Part shown: one piece after another, positions 41,037 to 53,005 of the stretch
Layout of the letters: every line of letters begins with the position of its first letter
How positions within the stretch are numbered: the first letter of the stretch is position 1
Translations under genes and position numbers: made by a program
Assembly (NCBI GenBank): GCA_951406725.2
Contig: OX597820.1
Location: 43,152,001-43,216,000 of the forward strand
Direction of reading: 5' to 3'
DNA: 64,000 nucleotides
DNA from: Octopus vulgaris
Lineage: Eukaryota
The notes under the pieces: model-generated
What the model was told of the DNA's origin: nothing
What the model saw: the letters and a program-made list of their open reading frames with translations, nothing else
Databases searched by the model: none

Positions 41037-42647
41037 GGGACAAGAACGCAACATATCCAAATAGACGATACAGAAAACACGCACGGGTCATTTAAATATA
41101 TATATACATAACAACTCAGCAAGTGGGGATAATCGAAATTCTTCCCTTTTTGTTACTACATATATTATGTAAATGTTACATATACTAAGTAAATGTATAA
41201 AGATCAAATCGGCCATGACATGTATGCATATGCGTGCCCAACTGAATGTATAGAAACATACATAAATGCATAACTATTTTACTGATGTTAACTAAATACC
41301 AAAGAAACTACTTTGAGTTTAGAGCGGAAACCAAATCTTTCTTTGTTAAAGAGAATTTTTAAACAATAAACACATTCAAAAAACGAAAGAACAAACATGG
41401 ATTCGGATATACTGGCATATTAGTCTTATTATAGAAAAATATACTTCCTGAGAGTTATAAAGGAAACATATCTTGCATGCATAGATATGTGGATAATCGT
41501 TTACTTCGACTCTCATTTATTTGTCATATGGTCGCACAGGGCTTAATAATAAACTGATATGGGAATATGATGCACATCTATGATTCCAGCACTGATAGCA
41601 CGAAAACATGTATAATCAACAAATATTTACAAGCAGGAACTTCAAATTGCTGCGGCTGCCAGACTAGTTTATTGGTATCCTGCACAGACCTTACACGCAC
41701 CACCACCTAACACATACTAATTCCTTGCAACAGTAAAGCATTAAAAAATTGTACCAACATGCGTATGCACAGGTACCTGTATTTCATCGAATTATTTATG
41801 TAAATTTAAAATTTGTCACAATTTGAATATGTTGACCAAGAGGATCACATATGGTTCGGAAAAATTAGTAATCCGGAAAAGCTTTGTGAGCAAAGGGCCT
41901 GTAAATCAATGCTACATCTGTACTAGTTTATTGACTAGTTAGGAAAATATATGCTATTCTATACACAAATTCATGCTGCGAGAGAGCTCTGGTGTTGGCA
42001 GATTTACACTCACGTAAAGTCAAGGATAAATATCAATGTTAAACATTTACATCTTTTTGACATTGGAAACTTGAAAATACACGAGAAAGCGTCTGACAAG
42101 TATTTAATTCAAATGTGCAGTACGTAGTGTATTATAGGTAGATGCATAATATACACCAGATTACAACAGCAAAATACATTACACTTGTGTTTATGATTTT
42201 AATCCCTCCAAAGAGTTTACCGCTATGAAATAGGTATGAAATTAGTACATCCTCGACGTTTGACCAGAGTGTGCTCATTTAGCTTCTATTACAGCGAATA
42301 AAGAAAAAAACTACGATGGAGCGAATTTTAGAGGTGCCTGCGACTCGTTCTTTCACAATGGTTGAGTGATGAATTTTTGTGTTATCTGATGGTGCTTGTA
42401 GTGATGTTGGTACTGGTTTTTCTGAGAAAGAATGTGAGATAGAATATTTATTATTTATAATATATTTTTAAGGCAACCAAGGAAGAACACTCAGCCTAGA
42501 ATTGAAAAAGCGCTAGCCTTGTGATTTGGAATTTTGTTAAAGTAAAAGAAGGCTCTGGATATCATTGACATTTTACTGCATTCCTTCAGTTTGTGCTAGG
42601 GGTTCTTTGAGTAGGATATAAGCAGTTAGACCCTGAAAATATTTATC

Positions 42648-42865
42648 ATTTATCTTTTACTCGTTTCAGTCATTTTTCACTGCGGCCATGCTGGAGTACC
42701 ATCTAACAATAGACTCCCAGAACTTATTTTATTAAAGCGTGGTACATATTCTATCGGCGTCTTTTGCTAAACCGTTAAAGTTACGGGTCTGTAAATACAC
42801 CAACACTGGTTGTTGAGCGGTGGTGGGTGACAAGCACAGACAGAAAGACACGCACACATACATAT
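42648..42865 (-). mobile_element. SINE 3' half (GACTGAAAC..GTAAAAG-tailed family)
   Basis: rc of GCATGGCCGCAG..ATGACTGAAAC.AGTAAAAG. Related copies at 43050-43320, 56440-56670 and 63945-64000. Confidence 0.7.
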
Positions 42866-44395
42866 ATACATACACACCCATAGATATATCCATAATACAC
42901 ACACATACATATATACATATATACTTATGATATATTCTGTTAAGAACGTAGTGGAATACAGCTCATCCACCTGCAGATTTCACCCTGTGCTATCTGGTAG
43001 TAGTATTATAATTCTAGGTTTTCGTTTGGGCATATATCTTGTGTGAATAGATAACTGAAACATTTGGAGTCAACAAGGAAGTTTCTTTTATACATATGTA
43101 CATATATGAGTGTGTGTGTATGTGTGTATGTGTGTGTGTGTTTGTGCATGTGTTTGTCTCTCCGTCGTTTGATATTTACTTTAATATAGCTGTACGGCAA
43201 AAGACTCTCAGAATAATTAACAGACTTTAGAAAGATAAGTGCTAGTGTCGATTTGTTCCCTAAAATATTTCGAGGCCGTACTTCTGAAGTCTAATGACTG
43301 ACAGAAATAAAAGATTAAAGATGATAGATTATAAGAGATAACAAGAGATGTTTTAACACAGATAAATTTATATAATAAGTGTGCTGAGTGATGATTTAAG
43401 TTGAATGTTGAGGAGGAATTATCAAACTCAATATGTATGTCATTTTACGCTTGTAGTTTCAGTATAACGATTCGGGCAATTCTAGTTGAAATCATTAATT
43501 TTAGTCATATAAACTCGACGGAAACTACATCAAATCTAAATCATGTTTATCAAAATGTAACAACATATTTTAAGATTTTGGAGAAACAGATTAGAAGCAA
43601 AACATTTCCTCGTTAGAATACGTCCAATAATCTTACTGGTATCTGTGATTTGCGGCATAGATCATTTATTCTTTTTATTAGAAAGAGCAGTCAAACTTGT
43701 CTTGTATAATCACTCTAATCTCTTATCAACAAAAAAACATATACAATTGAAAATGTGATCGTAAGCCGTGTGTGAGCTTAGAAGTAACGGGACAACGAAG
43801 TCTCGAAAGTCTTTCATCAAAAGACTTACTGCTTCGTGATCTAAGCTTCAACAACAAAGAAATCTATTTAAATATCAACATTTTAACAGAAAATTATACA
43901 TATTTTACATGTCATGCTCTCTCCAATCCTTGGATTGAATCTTGTTTAGAAAATTATTTATAGCATTATAATTGATAATAATTGTGAGGTGTATTACAGA
44001 GCATTGGACAAAATAAGATTTCAATAAATATTTTTGCTCTTAGTTATCAAGTTAGTTACAAAATTTTATCTCTGGTTTTCGAATGCCTGTAATCTCTTCA
44101 GAAACCGATTTCGAAACAGACTACTAGCAAGTTGTTATATTTGATATAACAAAGCGGCATGCTAAATAAGTATGTTACCATTATATCTGCCTAATTTCTC
44201 ATCTCAGAACCACGTTATTATCGATTTTCATTCATCCAAAATTGATTAATTAATTAGCGGTATTAATTTAAAATACAAAATAAAACGAACATAATTTTCC
44301 CTTGCAAAAAATGAAGCTAATACCTAAGTAAGAAACTAATAGACGATCAAAGAAGAAATTTCTCCTCGATTGATTGGGCTTCTAGAAATAACGCA

Positions 44396-44584
44396 GTACC
44401 TACAGTGGAAACAAAGAAGAAGTTCAATATTTTGGCGTAAGTATGCAGTGTCCAGATAAACCAAAATTGATACAGGGCGGCTCCTACTGGAATAATTATT
44501 TTTATTGCAAGTTTACTTTGTCAAATCCAACCGGACGTTACATCGCCACCAGGTGCAACAGTAGGAACAAAAGCAACAAGAGAA
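44396..44584 (+). other. Candidate coding exon, unidentified
   Basis: Open frame TYSGNKEEVQYFGVSMQCPDKPKLIQGGSYWNNYFYCKFTLSNPTGRYIATRCNSRNKSNKR ending at GAA|gtaagt. The acceptor is weak. Confidence 0.25.
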
Positions 44585-45615
44585 GTAAGTTCTCTTACAT
44601 TTACTGCTTTGTAATATAATCTATGTATAGAAACAGGAACATCTTGCTTGCATTCATTACTTCAAGTGAAAGTGGTGAAAATAATTTTAACTTAACTTAG
44701 TTTCATAATAATATTCACAATAGAATGAAACACTTAACATTTAGTCAAATATGGTGTAGCAGGAGACCATCCTAAATGTTGGTCTGTTGTAATGTATTCT
44801 TGTCAAGGATACTTGAGATGAAATTACTATCATGAGAAAACAACATATTGCTATAAAAATCACAAGCTGATCGATACCACGCCGTACTAAAATAAAATTC
44901 AGCTCAGGATCTAGAAAAGTATTTTTAGCATTAAAATATCGTTCGAAGTTTTCTGGCCATCTCACTTCATTAAGAAATTTGACTCACATTCAAGGTTTGT
45001 TCAGTTTCCAATAAATGATGGGTGCACAACAAATATCACATCAAAAACATTTTTTATAGGTATCCAACAGCAGATGGATGAGTTCCTCAGGTACGTAGGA
45101 CAACTAACCACTTCTATACAAGATTTAATCCTATTTGATGAAGCGTAATGAAAAAAGAAAAATAATCAATATTAGCTGCTGGCACCAATAGTGTAGCGGC
45201 CACCAGTGGTGTTTATAATGAGGATTTTGTAAATTAAAGGAGTAGAAATTCCGTAATTAACTGTCGGTAATTTCTGTAAATTAGTTGATCCAATTAGTTA
45301 GGATGTGTAATTAAAGTAAGAGAAGATACGTAAATAAAACATAAACAATTTTTATTGATTTGTAGCTTGGTGAAAGCAATACATTTTCATTTGTAGCAAT
45401 CTTGCCTAAATTACAAACATTAGCATCTTATCGAATTGCATGCTATCTGAAATATTGTTATAGGAATGTGAAGATAGCATCCATCCACATATAAGCACAA
45501 TACAATTCGTGGAGACGTTTTAAATAAATGCATTTCTGTTTGAGTGATTATACGTATATAAAATAGGTAGATAGATAGACATAGTTATATTTATATATAT
45601 ATATGTATATATATA

Positions 45616-45666
<51 letters not shown>

Positions 45667-46187
45667 GTATGTATGTATGTGTGTATATCATTATTTACAA
45701 ATCATTTATCTATCCCTATATATAATGTGTTCCTTTTTAAGCAAGTTTGAAAATTGGAATTTAAATAAAGGGAATACAAACTGACATTTGTATACAGAAT
45801 TCAAGTTTATATATATTAAATAAATAGTTATTATGCTATCGTTATTAAACTGGTTAAATTCATTTCAAATTAACAAAACTGCGATTTCAACCAAACTATA
45901 AATAATTTTTCGTGAACATATGTGCTTACAAATGCACATGGATGTGAATACATATGTGTATGTGTATGTACGTATGTATGTATGTATGTATGTATGTATG
46001 TATGTATGTATGTATGTATGCATGCATGTATGTATCTGATTCGGTTGCATTTGATTTAAATTCTACCGGGCCTCTTCCAAGCCTAGATTACTGATAATTC
46101 CCATAGAGCTGAAACAAACTCTTTTAAATAATATATGTAACTCCAACTAAATGTGCTGCATGCGTTTTTCCCTCCTTTGTCCACTCA

Positions 46188-46255
<68 letters not shown>

Positions 46256-48524
46256 TATATACATACATACACACACTTATATTGAAAGTGTAAATAAATG
46301 GGTTATCTTCTGCGTTGGCCGTCTTGGTAATAATGAATGGTTTTGTAGTTTGTCTATTGCAGTTAGGTCCTTCCAAATATAAGCAGTTAATTCTTCAAAT
46401 AAAATTGTTTGCCCAGAATATATAACGATTTCATATAACTGTATGTGTGTAAGTGTCTGTGCATGTGTTTTAGTGTTTGTAATATAATATTTAAATACAC
46501 ATTACCGTATGTTTTAATACACAGATGATACGAATGAATAACGCCAGAATGTGGTTTGAGTATATTTTCGAATGCAACCAATTTGTTGTTGAACTGAAAT
46601 TTAAGCAAAATCATAAACAATATTCATTGACCTCATTCAATTAACCTACAACATTGCAAATTATATATGAAAATGTTTGTTTGATATTGTTGTTGATATT
46701 GTTTCAACTAACATGTCAGTCATTGTTTTAAATACTCACTATATGGCTTTGGTTAGAACATCTACTCCTGCAAAGCCATATGCTATAAAATAGGTTTGAT
46801 GTTTATAATGAGGGATGATGGGGAGGAGGTTGGTGTTCCGAAGCTTAGAATATTTAATTCATTTATGTCAAAATGTATGTAAGTGTTATTAAAGTAAAAT
46901 CGAATTTAAGCGTCAAAGTAACATTTTAATCTTAAAATGTTTTATATAAATAATATTTCTCCATTAACGCCGATAAAATAAAATTATGATCGATTAAAAT
47001 TTAATTAAATTAATAAATTATTTGCGTTCATAAAAATATCAATATTTCTCTATATCAATTCGTATAGAATTCTAAGCATAAACATACGCTACGTCAATAT
47101 CTTTCTGTAATAAAACAACATATATCTGTCTTTCTCGCTTTTCGCACCTCCTAGGCTCCTAATTACATTATTTCCCTATCTCAATTTATTCTCTTCCTTT
47201 ACCGTTCTCTTCTCGTTCTCTGTCTCTCCCTCTCTTTCTCACTCGCTATAAATAATTGTTTTCTTATATCACATATGATAAAAATAAGTCGATATTAATG
47301 TTTTTCCATGCAAATTAAGGATATCTGCATGAAAAAGATGTAAATAGATAATTCCATCGTTGTTTTCATAAATTCAGATATCTTTTTAAGAGAAGTGCAT
47401 CTTTTTAGTGTTTGAATTATGTTGTAATGAAATATTAAAATATTGATTCATCTGTTGGGTTTTACAGTTAAAAACCTTTTGGTTAATTCGCTTACAACAA
47501 TTTTATCTTATACGCAAAGTATCCTCCGAAGCAATGAAAATTGGCTCGATACTTTTTAAGGCCATAATAGCGATGTATCGATGCATATTTATAACATCAC
47601 AATATTTATTAATGGGCAATTTCATTATGACTAGCTTTTGGCGGAAACAATCTGCTGAAAATTCAAACTTTCATTTGAGTTGGTTTTTCGCCTTTTCCAT
47701 TTAACCTTTCCACGGATTTCAGACATCTCTGGTGACCAGTTACACCTTATTCCAGACAATCCCAAGAAAGAGTCGTAAGAAAGATTTTGTTTGATAATTA
47801 TTTCTTAAAAAAAAAACATTATTAAGCTGGCTGTTTGCAGTCTCTTCTTTATTCCTAAATGGATTATGAAAAATGTAGTGAGATGTCCTATCGGAGTTAA
47901 GAGAGCATATAAAATTTGTAAAAGCATATGTTTTACTAAGTATCGACATATTGTTCTTATAACATTCTAAAATCATAGCCCCTAATCATTTGAAACAATA
48001 CTGTTGATGAAACGAGATGAGCCATCACTTGATGTGACTAGGGTGTTAAAAAACAACTACATTGCTAGAAATAAGAACAAAAACGCTCTAATGTTGTAGT
48101 CAATGCACATGAATGAAAACATATACAGTAACAGGGATCATAATCGTCCGAAAAACGCCGACCAATATATCTTAAGACTGATGTCAGTTTCGACAACTTC
48201 CGGTGACATATTCATTTATGCCAGCTCGGTGTTCGGTTTTTCCCGGGCCTGTTTCTCTATTAGTATATTATATGTTTTCGTCATCCAAATTAATGGATGA
48301 TTTAGCGATTGGCTAACGTGTACACACAAATCTAATATAAAAAGCAGGTTCACGAAAAATGAGAATTACAACTACCACTAAATGTGACTAGGGCACAGAA
48401 AGTGTGTCTATAGCCAGCTGGAGGAGATGTCTTCCTGGGGCTAAAAACTACAGTAGCATCCACCCTTAGGGTTAGCCATATTCAAATGGCATATTTACAT
48501 CACTATATATATATATATATATAT

Positions 48525-48563
<39 letters not shown>

Positions 48564-48774
48564 TATTTATATGGTGGATACGTACGCAACAATGTATTAA
48601 ATATTAATAAATTCCATCCTGATATTGTTATTATATTTATCCCGCATCATATCGCGGTAACCATGATGTAACCCCATAAATCTGACTCACTAGTCAGTAT
48701 CATTAAACAGTAGCCAGCATAATGAAATAAGAGCTTTATTTGCACACCCCGAATGTTACTAAAAACGAATTAAA

Positions 48775-48822
<48 letters not shown>

Positions 48823-51800
48823 TTAAATCGTATTTAGTCGATATCTGATGCACTTTATTGCATTGATTTATGATGAAATCTTGCTTTATGTAGAGCTACT
48901 AAATTCAGTCACTGTACATGTCTAATAAATGCAGCATGTGCTTTTCCCGTAGATCTATAAACGAAGATTATATTATATCCATGCTTAGAAATTTAAACAA
49001 TGATATAATGCTAGGAGTTGCGAACACATATAGTAATTCGTCGATTTTCTGTTTCATCAGAAAAATTCCATCCTTATGAAGGTACATCTTAGTTAATGTT
49101 GACTTATCTATCTTTCTGATTGATGAGTCCTTCAATTTCTTCCAAATTAAGATTTCATTTCGAATACAGTGACGATGATTTGTGCAGCGCGTGTGAGTGT
49201 GTGTATATGTTATCTTATGTGAGCGTATTTTCCTGTTTGTATAAGAAAAGTGGAAGAATGAAATTAATCTGTTAACCTGCTTTTTCTTTTCGATATCTCT
49301 CTTTCGATTTCCTTAGCTTTTCATTTCTTCGCTTTCATCCAGATCTGCCAACACAGTAAGGTAGATTAGGGATGTTCTTAAAACAAAGGTATTAGAATTA
49401 TAATGCGAACGTCATACCAGCTTAAATTGCTTGGCCACATAATTTCCGTTGATAAAAGGTTTATACAGCTGCTGAATTCTTAAGCAGTATCCATATTGTG
49501 AGTTTCCATTGAATAATGATAATTCTTTAGACACAACATGCACCAATATATGAATAAGAAATGGAATTCGAATGAGGCAGAGATAGATATTCATAAACAA
49601 ATACAATTGTTGAGTAGAATATCTGCAGGTTAAACAGAAAATGCAGTATGAAAGATAAGTTACAAATTATAGGTTTTCTTTCACAAGTTATAAACTCTAT
49701 ATAGTTAGAGGAGCTGTGTTATGTACAAACGTGTTGAGCAAGGGCAAATATCAGGCTCTCATGTAATTTAGAGGTGGAGCGTCTAACATTAAAATCTATT
49801 TTGCTTAATCTCGTCAAATCGCTGAATAGTCCTAAATACGTTCTCTTCTAAAGACATACAGTCGTAGGATACTAAGCTTAATTTTTAATATGTAGTATTT
49901 TGATAGTAAAGTTTGTGTACAATGTATGTTATGGTGTTTTGCTTTCTCTTATTACATTACATGGAATCTAAATCAACTGCATCTGCCTCGATTCAGTCCA
50001 AAGCCATAAAACTGTATGTCATGCCAAGAGTTTCTGATATATTGCTGACAATATTCTGGCAATATATTTTGATAACTGAGATATGATTCTAAAATGTGTT
50101 TCGCCTTGTTAGAATTCTCATCCTTATCGTTTGTATAGCATGCTCTCTCTCTTTATCTCTGTCTCACATACACAGATGCATGCAATAGACTCACAGATGC
50201 ACATAGGCGTATACAGAATGTTAACAAAAGCCTTTGTATACTAAAGAATTGTCCATTTATTTTATATCTCTCCCTACCTGTAGTTCCAAATCAGCAGTTC
50301 GGCTGATTAATCTCCTTTAAATAACTTCTAGTTCTGTCCCTCTATCGAGTTTATATGATTATTGAAATTTGCTTACTAATTTACTTAAGAATACAGGGAA
50401 GCTTCATCAGCCGATTATCATCCGTGCCACAAAGTGGTCATGACTATACAGACGTTGGTGTATAACCACCTTTCCTTTCTCTCGCTATGTATAGCCAAAT
50501 CGTATTTATTTATTGAAAGCATTAAACTAATCACCAATAAAGAAAATGAAAACCAGATGTAACGCCCCTTCGCAATATCCCCAAATCTTTTTTGCATTCT
50601 AACGATCATAAGAATGTTTTCCACTTTTTCAATGTTACCTAACGGAATCCACTATGGTGCGATCTTATTGATGTTCTTCGGGGATTTTGACATCCCATTC
50701 ATGTAGAAGCTAATCGAAAGCCATCTTGCAAGAGATCCACACCGGTGACTGTTTTTGTATACATTCACGGTTTTCAGTACCTAATATTTAACAATGGTCA
50801 ATTGGGTCTTAGGATTTTTCCTGCACCTAATACTTTTCTACAGTAAACTTCTTCATGTAAATGCTTAATAATTATTTTACAAAGCAATTTAGGCATTATT
50901 AAGAAACAAATCTCGCTGCGTAGATACATGGACTATATGTTTATCTCCTTATTAGGAACATGTTTGCCCAACTTATGAGGAACGAACAAGGTGTTTGGTC
51001 GGCTCACTATTAAGAGGTCGTTCAATTGGATATTGCTTCGAAACCACGGATATCAAATGAAAATCACAGTAAGTTAAAAAGATGTATTCTGTTGCAATTT
51101 TGTGACAGACCTCTATATTCCTTTCATAGGAATGTTTTCTTACATGTTATTTTATTTACTAGAATATCGAATGAATTTCCTGCCCTCTTCTCCAGAAGAT
51201 AAAAAAGAGTAGGACATGATGAATATGAAAGTGCATAAAAACATAGATAAACCATGATGCATGTACAATAGATCATTAAACAAATGATTCACATTTACGT
51301 TCATAGAAGGTTCAGCTCCTCAAAGCAAAAAATACTTCCAGGAAGCTTGGTGATTTTTTACGCATACATGTGTAACTAATTGATCTAAAATTCATGCAAA
51401 GTTTACGATACCTCAAAACCTACAGGGTCGTAAGAAGCTATATTTTCAGATTTCAATGTGAGGCTAGAATGCATTATGAAGTAGGGAATGGTTAAACAGC
51501 TCAAAGGTTCATTTTACTCTAGTTAATTACAGGAGAGATCTCTTCCAACATGCACATAAATTTCCGATAGAAGGTAGCCTCTTATCTCAAGATATTGAGA
51601 TTAATAATAAGATATTTCTAACAGACTTCAACCATTTATATTATATATTATGAATGATGAAATACTATTTCATAATTCCTCTCCTTTTAAGTATTTACGT
51701 TATACAAGTAAATTGATGTTTTATAAATTTATGGGATTTGTCATCCGAAAAAGTTGACAATTTTTTTTTTACTTTTACTTAATCTACTTACATCTATAAA

Positions 51801-52159
51801 CATTTCAACTCATTCAAATATGTTTATTGGTGTTTCAATGAATCACTTCCTCGCTTTCGTCAGACTGATGGTTAGAAATCATTAGATAAATCTAGTGTTG
51901 GAAGCCTTTAAACTGATCCTACGTTTCACTATTTTCGTGGAATAATCTCATTTATATCTTGCACTTCCTTTCAAAACATACTTTCCAGCAATGATAAAAT
52001 ACAGCATTAACACAATATGAAGCTGATTGTAGACAGACTTGAGTCTGGTTGTAAAATGTAGAAGAAAAATATCATGTAAATATTTAGAACTGTGGAATTT
52101 TGCAATTTTCATATGAATTGGATCGCTAAATCTTCAGTCTTCCAATACTTTTTGAATTA

Positions 52160-53005
52160 AAGTGGCGAGCTAGTAGAAACGTTAGCACGCCGGGAGAAAT
52201 GCCTAGCGGTATTTTGTCTGCCGCTACGTTCTGAGTTCAAATTCCACCAAGGTCGACGTTGCCTTTCATCCTTTCGGGGTCGATTAAATAAGTACCTATT
52301 TCTTTATTACCCACAAGGGGCTAAACATAGAGGGGACAAACAAGGACAGACATAGGAATTAAGTCGATTATATCGACCCCAGTGCGTAACTGGTACTTAA
52401 TTTATCGACCCCGAAAGGATGAAAGGCAAAGTTGACCTCGGCGGAATTTGAACTCAGAACGTAATGACAGACGAAATACGGCTACGCATTTCGCCCGGCG
52501 TGCTAACGTTTCTGCCAGCTCACCGATTAAATAAGTACCAGTTATGCACTGGGGTCGATATAATCGACTTAATCCGTTTGTCTGTCCTTGTTTGTCCTCT
52601 CTGTTTTTAGCCCCCTGTGGGTAGTAAAGAAATAGGTATTTCGTCTGTCTTTGTGTTCTGAGTTGAAATTCTGCCGAGGTCGACTTAGCTTTTCATCCTT
52701 TCGGGGTCGATTAAATAAGTACCAGTTACGCACAGGGGTCGATGTAATCGACTTAATTCCTTTGTCTGTCTTTGTTTATCCTCTCTATGTTTAGCCCCTT
52801 GTGAGCAATAAAGAAATAAGAAACGTTAGCATGCTGGGCGAAATGATTAGCAGTATTTCGTCTGTCTTTACGTTCTGAGTTCAAATTCCGCTGAGGTCGA
52901 CTTTGCCTTTCATCCTTTTGGCGTCGATAAATTGAGTACCAGTTGCGTACTAATCGACTGGTCCCCTCCCCCAAAATTTCAGGCCTTGTACCTAGAGTAG
53001 AAAAG
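52160..53005. mobile_element. Cluster of four Nin/Deu-domain SINEs, one nested in inverted orientation
   Basis: A + SINE at 52160-52635 is split by a - SINE at 52297-52524 with TSD GATTAAATAAGTACC. Further + copies lie at ~52636-52818 and ~52820-53005. Confidence 0.92.

Noticed and set aside
44060-44118. Minus-strand CUGAAGA...GAAA motif
   Set aside because: Stem II is weak and stem III does not pair; compatible with chance.
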